Below, in pieces: positions 36,017 to 47,072 of a stretch of DNA of 64,000 bases; positions within the stretch are counted from its first letter, which is position 1; each line of letters opens with the position of its first letter. The DNA lies in contig CAJFCJ010000019.1 in NCBI GenBank assembly GCA_904063045.1, positions 2,247,700 to 2,311,699 of the forward strand, given 5' to 3'. The position numbers and the translations under genes were made by a program. Source of the stretch: Dimorphilus gyrociliatus. Its lineage: Eukaryota; Animalia; Annelida. The notes below the pieces were generated by a model, which saw only the letters and a list, made by a program, of their open reading frames with translations, did no database searches and was not told the DNA's origin.

Positions 36017-38896
36017 ATGAATGATTCGAAGACCTCTTCTCTTATCAGCCTTTTTGAAGAAAGTGGTAGTGATGATATATTTGTAATATACGATAATGGA
36101 TCTGAAAAGCCATCTCAGATATCTTATTCAGACTTTTTTAAACTTTCTTCTGAGGTTTGTCAATTTATACAGACTTTCAAAACTGTTGAATTTGAAGGAA
36201 CTCCTATTATCGCCCATACTGTTACAAACAGCTGCTATGCTCCTCCCCTATTGTATGGAATTTTAAAAGCCAAGTGTGCATTCTTAAATCTTGATGTTAC
36301 GTATGACGTTCTCTTCGTGAAAACCTTATTGGAAAAAACTTGTTCCAAGTTTTTAATAACTTTAAAAACTCAATCTACTATACTAAGAAATAGATGGAAA
36401 GAAATAATTAATGATTCCTATGAATTTGAACATTTTGGACAGTATTTTGTTCTTCATAGAACTAAAATAAAGATCAATGAGAAAAATTGTCATAAAGATA
36501 TTGCATACGCAATTACAACGTCAGGAACAACAGGAATACCAAAACTGGTTTTTGTTCCAAACACCTGTATTTTACCTAATATTTTAGACTTTGCCAAAAT
36601 ATACCGTTTAAAACCGAAAGATATATTTTTTACAGCATCTCCTTTAACCTTTGATCCGGCTATTGTTGATATTTTTTCCTGTTTGTACTCAAAAGCTACA
36701 ATTCTCTTAGTAAGCGATGAACTTAAGAGTCTTCCCGAAAAAATTGCCAAAATTCTCAATGATCTTAAAATTAAAGGCTTTCAATGCACTCCTTCTTTTT
36801 TTTTAAGAATATCTCCTTACCTGAATCCTTACTTGGAGTTAGATTTGATAGCTTTAGGAGGTGAGAGATTTCCAACCATGAACTTTATTAGATCCTGGAA
36901 TAAAGACAGAGCTACGAGATTTCTAAATTTGTATGGAATCACTGAGCTTTCCTCATGGGCATTTTTTAATGAACTAGACTTAACTCAAGAAGAATGCGAT
37001 CTTGGACAACCCCTTTCAGAAACTGCCTATGAAATTGAAGATAATGTTTTGCATTTGAAAAGTGAAACTCGCTATTGTTTTATTGATGACGAATCGTCTC
37101 CAGTATTTTGTCGGTCTACTGGTGATATTGTTGAAAAACGAGATGAAAAGCTTTACTATTCAGGAAGAAGAGATTCCCGTTTAAAACGTCAAGGAAAGAG
37201 GTTAGATCTAATTGAACTAGAACGTTGCGTTATTCTAAATAACCCAGTTTTATTATGTTCTGCAACTGTTTGGAAAGGTGATTTAATTATAATTGTTAAA
37301 CTGAATCAAGTAGAAATAGATGAAAAGCAAATAAGGCAATCTATAAAGAAACTTCCTCCACATTATACTCCAACAAAAGTTATCCTTCTTAATGATATCC
37401 CATTAACCATTAATGGAAAAATCGATATAGAGGAGTGTTTAAATCAAAAAGAAGTTTGTGTTAAACATGAAACACTAGTGAAGATTTTTTATAGAGTGTT
37501 AAATACATTTGGGACATTCCCTGAAAACATTGTCAAAAACAGTAATCTCTCAAGCTATGGTATGGACTCTACTCAAGCTGTAGCAATTTCAGAAACACTT
37601 CAAGGCGAATTAGGTTTGAAACTACCAAAGTTAACAGAATTGCTACTGACAAAAAATTTGTTCCAGATTGAGGAATATTTAAAAGAACCGTCAAATGAAG
37701 ATACTCTTGATGAACCATCGCAAAAAGCAATAAAATTAAGTGATAGTAAAGATATTTGCACATGTTCTTCTTTGACTAAATCGTACTCTCTGACCAAAAC
37801 AAATATGTGTTACGAGCATTCCTATTGTGACAATTGTGGCAATTGCAATGCCACATCTGTTTCATACTCCGATATTCCTTTTCAATGTAAGACTCCTATT
37901 CACAGTATGGAGGTAAAATGGAAAATTAATGCAGGAAAATGCATAGATGCTTCACCTCTTGTAGTAATTAAAGACCAACTTGAGCTTGTTGTTATCGGAT
38001 CTCATTCGCATAAAGCATTGGCTGTAGATATTGGGACATCTAAAATATTTTGGGAGATAGAAGTTGGTGATAGAATTGAAGGATCTGCATGCTTAAGTCC
38101 ATGCTCAAACTATGTATTGTTTGGATGCTACGATTCTAGCTTATACATATGTCATTTATCAAATGGCTTAATATTTAAGAAGATTTCAACAGATGGTTTA
38201 GTAAAATGCTGTCCAACTATTAATGCAAATAAATTCTATTTTGGATGTTATGGTGGAGCGATTTACGGAGTTAAAATTACAAGGGGAAAGTTAGTTATTG
38301 AGAAAAAGTCGTTAAATAGTGGTCCAATTTATGCTCAAATTACTGTGTTCAAAAACAATTTATTAGTATCAACTTTGAGGGGAGCTTTTTATTGTATTAG
38401 TAGGAATACTCTAAAGATCTTTTGGAAATTCCAGTGCCAACAACCGTTCTTCACAACACCTGTTCCATCTAATGATGGAATTATTATTGCAAATGTTTGC
38501 GGTGAGATTCTTAAATTAAATTGGGAAAAAAATCAAATGTGGAATTGTCAACTTCCTGGTCAAATATATTCTTCCCCACTTAAAATTGGCAATTTTATTT
38601 TTATTGGTTGCAATGACTCAAATATTTACAAACTCAATTGGATAACAGGAGATATACATTGGAAATTTACAGCCAACTCTCAAATTTTTTCCAGTCCTTG
38701 CCTAGTCGGAGATTTCATTGCCTTTGCTTCAACAGTTGGTCATATATACCTTATTGATAAAAATGGTAAACACTCAGAAAGTCTCGAGCTAACAGTACAG
38801 GGAGAAATATTCTCATCAATAGTTTCTTTCCGAAATACATTGCTAGTAGGCTGCAGAGATGATCATTTGTACTTCATACAAACATTAAATAAATAG
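36017..38896 (+). CDS. AASDH: Beta-alanine-activating enzyme AASDH/ACSF4 (NRPS-like A-T-PQQ propeller), intronless
   Basis: TSGTTGIPK, NLYGITE, TGD, GRRD..LKRQGKRLDL, PLTINGKID; carrier domain YGMDS; C-terminal WK..G..DASP / IFSSP propeller repeats. Confidence 0.95.
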   Translation: MNDSKTSSLISLFEESGSDDIFVIYDNGSEKPSQISYSDFFKLSSEVCQFIQTFKTVEFEGTPIIAHTVTNSCYAPPLLYGILKAKCAFLNLDVTYDVLFVKTLLEKTCSKFLITLKTQSTILRNRWKEIINDSYEFEHFGQYFVLHRTKIKINEKNCHKDIAYAITTSGTTGIPKLVFVPNTCILPNILDFAKIYRLKPKDIFFTASPLTFDPAIVDIFSCLYSKATILLVSDELKSLPEKIAKILNDLKIKGFQCTPSFFLRISPYLNPYLELDLIALGGERFPTMNFIRSWNKDRATRFLNLYGITELSSWAFFNELDLTQEECDLGQPLSETAYEIEDNVLHLKSETRYCFIDDESSPVFCRSTGDIVEKRDEKLYYSGRRDSRLKRQGKRLDLIELERCVILNNPVLLCSATVWKGDLIIIVKLNQVEIDEKQIRQSIKKLPPHYTPTKVILLNDIPLTINGKIDIEECLNQKEVCVKHETLVKIFYRVLNTFGTFPENIVKNSNLSSYGMDSTQAVAISETLQGELGLKLPKLTELLLTKNLFQIEEYLKEPSNEDTLDEPSQKAIKLSDSKDICTCSSLTKSYSLTKTNMCYEHSYCDNCGNCNATSVSYSDIPFQCKTPIHSMEVKWKINAGKCIDASPLVVIKDQLELVVIGSHSHKALAVDIGTSKIFWEIEVGDRIEGSACLSPCSNYVLFGCYDSSLYICHLSNGLIFKKISTDGLVKCCPTINANKFYFGCYGGAIYGVKITRGKLVIEKKSLNSGPIYAQITVFKNNLLVSTLRGAFYCISRNTLKIFWKFQCQQPFFTTPVPSNDGIIIANVCGEILKLNWEKNQMWNCQLPGQIYSSPLKIGNFIFIGCNDSNIYKLNWITGDIHWKFTANSQIFSSPCLVGDFIAFASTVGHIYLIDKNGKHSESLELTVQGEIFSSIVSFRNTLLVGCRDDHLYFIQTLNK

Positions 38897-38922
38897 AAAT
38901 TTGTATTTTAAATGTTCAAGAT

Positions 38923-40448
38923 TTAATCAAGTGGTTCCGCTTGTACACCCAAATGGGCCATTTTCGATGCTTTTATCTTGTCCATAGACTTTGTAAAGTC
39001 TTCCATCGCTAAAGGTCTTAGTTTATGGCCACTGTAATAAATAGAAATTACAATAATATTAAGAAAATAAAATAGTATACAAACCTCTCAACATCTGATT
39101 GGTATACATCAGAAGAACCATTCTTGTAGCTTTTCACTAAATCTCTAACTCTAAATACTGATGCCTGTCTACACAATTCACGTAAGTCGCTGCCAGAAAA
39201 AGTTTTAGTCATTTCTGCTATGCGGTATAAGTCTATATTGTCAGATAAATTTTCACTTCTGAGTACTAAATCCAATATCCTTCTTCTATTTCTTATGCTC
39301 TGAAAAAGTATTATAACAATTATACAACATAAGCTGGAATATGACAATTTTAGCTTACCGGTAATCCGATCTCAAAAGTGCTTGGCATACGCCTCATTAT
39401 TGCAGCATCTACATCATGAGGTCTATTTGTTGCTCCTACAATCATTATTCTGCAATCTTCATCAGTCATTAATCCGTCCCAAGAGCTCATAAACTGAGTT
39501 TTTATCATTGCTGTTGCTTCGTGATCAGATGAAGTTCGATTTCTTAAGAAAGCGTCTGTATTTAAATTTCAGACAATTCAATTATTTGTTTTATTAGAAT
39601 ACTTGATCAGTATGCATACCAATTTCATCTATAAATATAATAGCAGGCTGGAGTTTTCTGGCAACAGAGAAAACAGCCTCGGCCCTTTTTTGTGATTCAC
39701 CATACCACTTATCAAAAAGTGAAGACATTTCAAGATTAATAAATCTCGCTTCAGCAGCCTTGGCCATTGCTTTGGCAATCATTGTTTTACCACAACCAGG
39801 TGGACCGTACAAGAGAACACCTTTGGGCGGTTGAGCCAAAGAACTTTCACGTCCTAGATCCAATCGAAATGGTAAGATGACTGTATCTTTAAGGTCTTCG
39901 ATAATATCATCTAAACCACCAATATCGTCCCAGCTGATGGGAATGGAGCTAGGATCAACTAAGTTGGAAGCAATACAGAGTTCATACTCATTCAACTATA
40001 GGGGTAATGTTTGAATTTAATTCAAAAATTTTAATAGATTTTAAATTTTGACACTATTACCTCTACATTCTTTAATCCAAGGCTTCTCATCAACCTTTCA
40101 GCCTGCAAGCAAAATGGTACTATTCAAGAAAAGTCATTTGTAAACGTTTATATTTACTTTGCTTTTCGATTTTTCTTTATCTTTTCTCGTAGGATCTAAA
40201 GCTTTGGTAAGATATTTTACGCCAAAATACGTAATTGAGAATGATACACCAAGTCCTAAAACCAAGGATATAATCTTTGCAAGAATTTCTCTTTCGCGGA
40301 GTTGCATAACTTGATTATCCTCGGTGGTAACTGACGAATTACTTGAAAAAAATTGTTTCGGTATTATTTTCGAAAAAGATATAGAGTCTGATGATGACTT
40401 CACTGAATTTTGGACTGAACCCACAAGATCTTTCAAAGATTGCAGCAT
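38923..40448 (-). CDS. ATAD1: Outer mitochondrial transmembrane helix translocase ATAD1 (Msp1)
   Basis: TM SLVLGLGVSFSITYFG; WDDIGGL; GVLLYGPPGCGKT; IIFIDEI; ILRRMP; FSGSDLRELCR; last exon LRPLAMEDF..EPLD-stop at 38923. Confidence 0.95.
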
Positions 40449-40628
40449 GTCACAAAGCAAAATGCTCGTAGGTCACTGGTTTTAGGTGTGATTCACTTAA
40501 GTTTCCTGAAATATTATCCAGGAACTGCAACCTGATTATTTCTTTATCTCAGCTGAAGGTTCGGAAAATTATCGTATTGTAGAATTTTCAATTGCAGACA
40601 ACTTTTGAAGTTCATATCTGAATAAAAG

Positions 40629-42238
40629 ATGCTAAAATTGCAAGTCTTGACACAATGTAGATCAGCATGTCTATGTATTAGGCAGGTATAAATTCTAATA
40701 TATTATCCTATGAAAATGTCATTATGCTTTCGATCTGTAAACTCACATTTAGCCAACGACAAAGCTTTTCTTCCATTATCGTTCACCGAAAAGTACATTT
40801 GCAAACATCTCAAATGATGGTTCATTACATATTTTTGACAAAGTATATAAGCTGGATGAATTTACAAATGTTACACCTAAAATTCTCTCTAGAGTTGGCG
40901 AAAACTTGCATAATCGTAAACACCATCCATTAAACTTAATCCGTCGACGAATAGAAGAACAACTTAAAAAAATAACAAACTTTTCAGTCTTTGATAACTT
41001 AACGCCAGATGTAACCATAGAACAGAATTTTGATTCTCTTCTTGTCCCAAAAGATCATGTTAGCAGAAAGAAATCAGATTCTTATTACATAAACGAAAAT
41101 ATTATGCTTCGAGCTCATACAACAGCTCATGATGCATCTTTATTAAAAGCTGGTGAAAGAAATTTTATAAACATAGGAGATGTCTATAGAAGAGATGAAA
41201 TCGACTCAACACACTATCCAGTTTTCCATCAGTTAGATTGTGTGAGGTCCTTCTCATCGAATAATGTAAGAAACACTTTTTAAAAAAAATAAAGCAATTT
41301 TAACAACTTTTTATTTATTCTATTTATAGTTACAAATGCCAATTTTTGAAAATGGTGAAAAAACCGAATTGAAACAAAATGTTCACACGCTTGAAGCTGC
41401 CAAATTTGTAGAAAAGGATATGAAGAGCGTTTTAGAAGGAGTTTCTAAAGCTCTCTTTGGAAAGGGTAAGTTTGTTTTTGTTGAAAGAAAACCATGAATA
41501 TCATCTCTTGCTTAATTGTAATTTACAGACGTCCAATTTCGTTGGGTGCAAGAAGATGTATATTTTCCATTCACACATCCTTCCTGGGAACTTGAAGTAC
41601 TTTATAATGATTCGTGGTTAGAATTACTTGGGTGCGGGATATTGCAGCACGAAATCGTGCAAAAAGGTTTTTTCAAACAAGCGAAAATTACTTTAAATTT
41701 ATAATTGAGTGATGGTATTTTGCAGCCGGAGCAGACGAAAATATTTGCTGGGCATTTGGAGTAGGCTTGGAGAGATTAGCCATGAAATTGTACGACATTC
41801 CAGACATTAGACTATTTTGGAGTAAAGATCCTGGATTTTTAACTCAGTTCGAAATTGATTATCATCAAGACGTTAAATATAAAGTAATGAAAAATTTCTT
41901 ACCACGATCCACAAATAATATTATATAGTATATACATATATATCCTTCAGCCTGTTAGTGTCTATCCAGCATCTGATAAGGACATGTCTATGTGGTTAAG
42001 TCAAGAAAAATCTCATCATCCCAATGATTTCTATGACATTGTAAGATCAGTCGGAGGAGATGTAATTGAAAGGGTATCGTTAGTGGACGAATATACAGCG
42101 AAAGACGGAAGAACAAGTCATTGTTATAGAATTACGTATCGAAGTATGGAGAAAACTTTAACAAGAACTTTTATAAATGACATTCATAAAAATATTGTAG
42201 ATCAAGCTACAAAACAATTAGGTATTACTATTAGATAA
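40629..42238 (+). CDS. FARS2: Mitochondrial phenylalanyl-tRNA synthetase
   Basis: Exon 1 40629-40685 ([19 protein letters not shown]), intron 40686-40752, then [64 protein letters not shown]-terminal anticodon-binding domain. Confidence 0.95.
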
Positions 42239-42488
42239 AAAATACGAGAAATAAATGCCCGAAATCGATATTTAGAAAAAATACCAATTGTTAGTAACTT
42301 AATTAAATATTCATCAGTAATTATGACGTGTTAAAATTAGGCGTAATTAAGTTAATATCGTTAAATAGCCCTTTTATCATAGTTAGTCACTTTTCGATAG
42401 CAAAAAAATACTTATTCGTTTGCCGACTGCCGGTATATTTACTCTTCTTTTTATCTCCATTGCGACTTTCTAACCAAAATCTATAAAA

Positions 42489-44188
42489 ATGGTAATGATA
42501 TCTAGCTTTTTAATAAATGAAAATCTGCAATAAATATTTTTTATTAGAGAGAATGCGTCTCCATTCATATTGGTCAGGCTGGTGTTCAGATGGGAAATTC
42601 ATGTTGGGAATTGTACTGTTTGGAACATGGAATTCAACCCGATGGTAAAATGCCAAATGATACCTCGCCAGGATCCGAGCAAGACTCTTTTAATACTTTT
42701 TTCCATGAAACGAAATCTGGTCAACATGTTCCTCGGGCTGTTTTCGTTGATCTTGAGCCTTCCGTAATAGGTAAGACATACCATCAATACAGTATCTATT
42801 AAAATACATTTACTATTATTTTCAATTGTAAAAGATCAAATTCGAACTGGTAAGTACAAAAATCTGTTCCATCCTGAGCAAATGTTGAATGGAAAAGAGG
42901 ATGCGGCTAATAATTATGCACGTGGCCACTATACTGTCGGAAAGGAAATTGTCGATAGTGTTCTAGAACGCATTACTAAATTAGCTGAACAATGTGAAGG
43001 ACTACAAGGTTTTCTTATCTTCCATAGTTTTGGAGGAGGTACTGGTTCAGGTTTCACTTCTCTACTAATGGAGAAGTTGACTTGCGAATATAGTAAAAAG
43101 TCCAAGCTAGAGTTTAGTATTTATCCTGCTCCTCAGGTCAGTAGAGTAAGCATCTTATACTCGTTGATTTGAATTTTAACTCTATGCAGGTATCAACAGC
43201 TGTTGTAGAACCTTATAATAGGCAAGTTTACAAGACAAATTAATTAATTATCTTGTAAATGACAGCCTTGTCGATCTATTGGCGTCTCTCTTGTTTAAAA
43301 TTCTGTGTAATGAAACGCCAACTGACCGACAGTATACTGACTACGCACACTACGTTAGAACATTCCGATTGCTCTTTTATGGTTGACAACGAGGCTATTT
43401 ACGATATCTGCCGTAATAACTTAAATATTCAACGACCATCTTATGACAATTTAAATCGCTTAATAAGTCAAGTAGTCTCCTCCATCACCGCTTCCTTAAG
43501 ATTTGAAGGATCTTTGAATGTTGACTTGAACGAGTTTCAAACTAATTTGGTTCCCTACCCACGTATCCATTTTCCCCTTGCTACGTATGCTCCTCTTATT
43601 TCTGAAAGTAAAGCCCATCATGAAACTCATTCAGTTTATGAGATAACCAACTCTTGTTTCGAACCCTCCAGTCAGATGGTTAAATGTGACCCAAGGAGCG
43701 GAAAGTATATGGCTTGCTGCCTCTTGTACAGAGGAGATATAGTTCCTAAGGATGTAAATGTTGCGATATCGAAAATTAAAACTAAAAGAACTATACAATT
43801 TGTCGATTGGTGTCCTACAGGATTCAAAGTTGGCATAAACCACCAAGCTATGACTGTTGTTCCCGGAGATGACTTGGTAATATTTCAAAAATATAACGTC
43901 TATTAATTTTAATTCCTTTTATATATCTATATATAACAGGCATCAGTTCCAAGAGCAGTTTGTATGCTGTCAAACACAACAGCCATTGCTGAAGCTTGGG
44001 CAAGACTTGATCATAAGTTTGATTTGATGTTCTCCAAGCGGGCTTTTGTTCACTGGTACGTCGGCGAAGGTATGGAAGAAGGCGAATTCTCTGAAGCTCG
44101 TGAAGATCTAGCTGCTTTAGAAAAGGATTATGAAGAAGTTGCTGCTGACTCCGTTGTCGATGATGATCAAGATGAAGATGTTTATTAG
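42489..44188 (+). CDS. TUBA: Divergent alpha-tubulin
   Basis: ATG|intron|[12 protein letters not shown]; [10 protein letters not shown]; GGGTGSG; EPYNS across GC-AG intron 43222-43332; [11 protein letters not shown]; [12 protein letters not shown]; ends DEDVY. Confidence 0.97.
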
Positions 44189-44677
44189 AATCTTAAGATT
44201 TTATGAGCTGAAACCGTAGCTTTTTTTCAAGTAAATTCGAGCTTATTTCTAAAATGTTTTTTTAAAGAAAAGATATGTAGTGGTTTAATTCAATACAATG
44301 TGATTTTCTTATTGAAATAAACATAAATTCAAGTTGTCAAGCCCCGCCAAAAACTATGGGTCACCTATTCCAGCCATTTTCGCTTTTCCACTCTAATTAC
44401 TTGTTTTTACCCAATTTATTCTATTTAACGATAAAGATTTTTATAATATTAAAAATTAAGTGTGTAAGTGTTACTAGTTAATGAAAAAAGCAATTTATAT
44501 TTTTGCTGCTGCATTTATAATTCGTCACTTCCTTTACAAGCTGCCATGATATATATCGAAAAGAAATATCGAGATCGATTTTCATATCGACTGCAGCTAT
44601 TTCCTTCTATTTTTTGGCGATTAAGACTATTTCGATTATATAGATTTTCCTTGAAATTGGAATAGACCACGTGAAAA

Positions 44678-46025
44678 ATGGTAGGTACCGCTATTTTTTC
44701 ATTAAAAAGCTTTATAAACATGATTCCTTGAATAGTATGATTGAGATACTGTATTTTAATTTTAGAAACCGTTACTACTTCACGGTCACGAAAGATCTAT
44801 TACACAAATAAAATATAATAGAGAAGGAGATTTATTATTTTCATCTGCCAAAGATCAGCAACCCAATGTTTGGTTTTCTTTAAACGGTGAACGTTTAGGT
44901 AGTTTCAATGGACATACTGGAGCTGTCTGGTGTATAGACGTTGATTGGGAGACTAGCAAGTTCATGTCCGGTGCAGCAGACAATTCATGGAGATTGTGGG
45001 ACTGTCAAACTGGTAACATATGACCGATTAAATATGTCTGTTATTTATATCACTTTCGTTTCAGGTAAACAATTGGAAATATTGGAAACAAAATCAGCCG
45101 TACGAACATGCGGATTCTCGTTTAGTGGAAATTTAGTGTTTTATTCTAATGATCAAGCTATGAATCAAACCTGTGAATTGTCTATTTATGATTTGAGGGA
45201 TTCTAATCAAATACGTAAATTTCGTTATAACGTTTATTCAAATTTATTTCATCCAAACATTCTATTTCTGACAGAGTTTAATAAGCCTTTTCTAAGAATA
45301 CCTATGCCAGAGAGTAAAATAACATCAGCCATTTGGGGACCTTACGACGAATTCATTGTAACAGGACATGATGATGGTACTATCTCTCAGTGGAATATAG
45401 CTGTTAGTATCATCAACAATATTTACTAATTCAAATTCTCATAATAACTCTTTCCAGGACGGTGCAATTATAAATACGGAAAAAGCCCACACTAAACCAA
45501 TAAACGATTTGCAATCGTCAAAGGACTCGAGTTTGTTAATTTCTGCTTCAAAAGATCTTACAGCTAAGGTGAGGCTTTACTCAAAGCTTTAAGTACATTT
45601 CGATCTATATACTTTTAAACTTCCTCACAGTTGTATGACTTATCCTCTTTGGATTTGTTGAAGACTTACAAAACCGATAGACCTGTTAATTCCGCATCGA
45701 TATCTCCATGTAAACCACATGTATGTTTTTATGAATTACCTAAAATTAAGAATCTACTAACTGAATTTTGCGATAGGTTGTGTTGGGTGGTGGTCAGGAA
45801 GCTAGAGACGTAACAACGACTTCTACACGTGTTGGAAAATTCGATGCTAAATTTTATCACCTAGTTTTTGAAGAAGAATTCGGTAGAGTGAAAGGACATT
45901 TCGGACCTATAAATTCTGTAGCTTTTCACCCTGATGGTTCAGGATATAGCAGTGGAGGAGAAGACGGTTACGTTAGAGTGCACCAGTTTGATGATTCTTA
46001 TGAGGACATTACTTTTGAATGTTAG
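44678..46025 (+). CDS. EIF3I: Eukaryotic translation initiation factor 3 subunit I (WD40)
   Basis: ATG|intron|[26 protein letters not shown]; [12 protein letters not shown]; [15 protein letters not shown]; SGGEDGYVR. Confidence 0.97.
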
Positions 46026-46076
46026 GTAAATTTTCGTTTCTTGTATTAATAAAAATTCTTTCATATATGAACATTT

Positions 46077-46811
46077 CTATGTTGTATGTGAATGGCCATT
46101 ATGTTTAGTGATATTAAGATAGTCAAAAGTGACTTTCCCGCCAATATCGGTTGGTGATGCCGCATATACACCTAACTGGAAATTTTAAAAGTAAACTAAA
46201 ACAATTCTTTCATATAAGTTAAAGCTTGCCTTTGCTTCAAGTGAGCCACTTTTAATATGAGCTATTCTGAAAAATGCCCATTCTGATCCGTTGTGATATT
46301 CAACAACATAGCTATTCTTTTGTCTGAAAACTCTAATTTTTAATTCCCCTGAGGTCCATGGTTGTGTTGACCAATCGCTAAATTCATTGGTGACAACACA
46401 GCTTACCCTATGCTGCCCATCAACATATTCTAGCCCTGTTTTTAACCAATGTTCATGATCAAAACGAATATATATTCCTCCTTGATCGAATTGGTTGACA
46501 GCATCAACTTTAAATTTGGTCTCAACAATCAACATATCGTCTTTGCTAGTAAAGCATAACCCTGCAGCGTTATCTTTAACTAACTCAGTTCCTGGGCCTG
46601 AAGGTATTTTAAACAGTAAATCAATGTGTAAAGAGGAAAAAAAGTAAAAACCATTAGGTGTATAAAAAGTTCTCCTCCAGAGATCTGGACCTGCATCCGG
46701 CCAGATACACAATGTATTTGATAATTCAAATTTCTTAGATGGGTTTAACCATTCGAGTTTATTTGAATCCCAACCCAGAGACCCCGACGAAAAAACTATA
46801 TTGTCAGCCAT
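46077..46811 (-). CDS. DUF1349 / Ree1-like concanavalin-fold protein
   Basis: WLNP..DLWRRTFY; FDQGG..WLKTG.E..VVTN..SDWS; FFRIAH; after GC-AG intron 46229-46176 continues LGVYAASP..VTFDY. Confidence 0.8.
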
Positions 46812-47072
46812 CTTGCGCATGTGCATGAGCTGCCGGCCTAGAAAGATCAATGTTCAGCAGAAAAAATTTAAAGGTATCATTTTGAATGATAGATAACTTA
46901 ACACGGATTTTAAAAATGATAAAGTACTGAACTGAAAAAAAGAAATAATTTTCTCATGAATATTTTAAATATATTTCAGTTTATGAATTAATAGTCTACA
47001 AGCTAATAAAGTTTATAAAAAAGATAGTTTATCAAGTATTAATACTTTTGAATGCTAAAAACATAGAATTTG

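Noticed and set aside
40724-40933. ORF-track ATG 40724 as the FARS2 start
   Set aside because: It is out of frame with the conserved Y..D..TNVTPK segment; ATG 40629 plus intron 40686-40752 gives a clean model.
43222-43332. Intron reads as [35 protein letters not shown], vaguely like a D/D docking domain
   Set aside because: It has no start codon, is preceded by an in-frame TAG, and is not in the tubulin frame; most likely chance.
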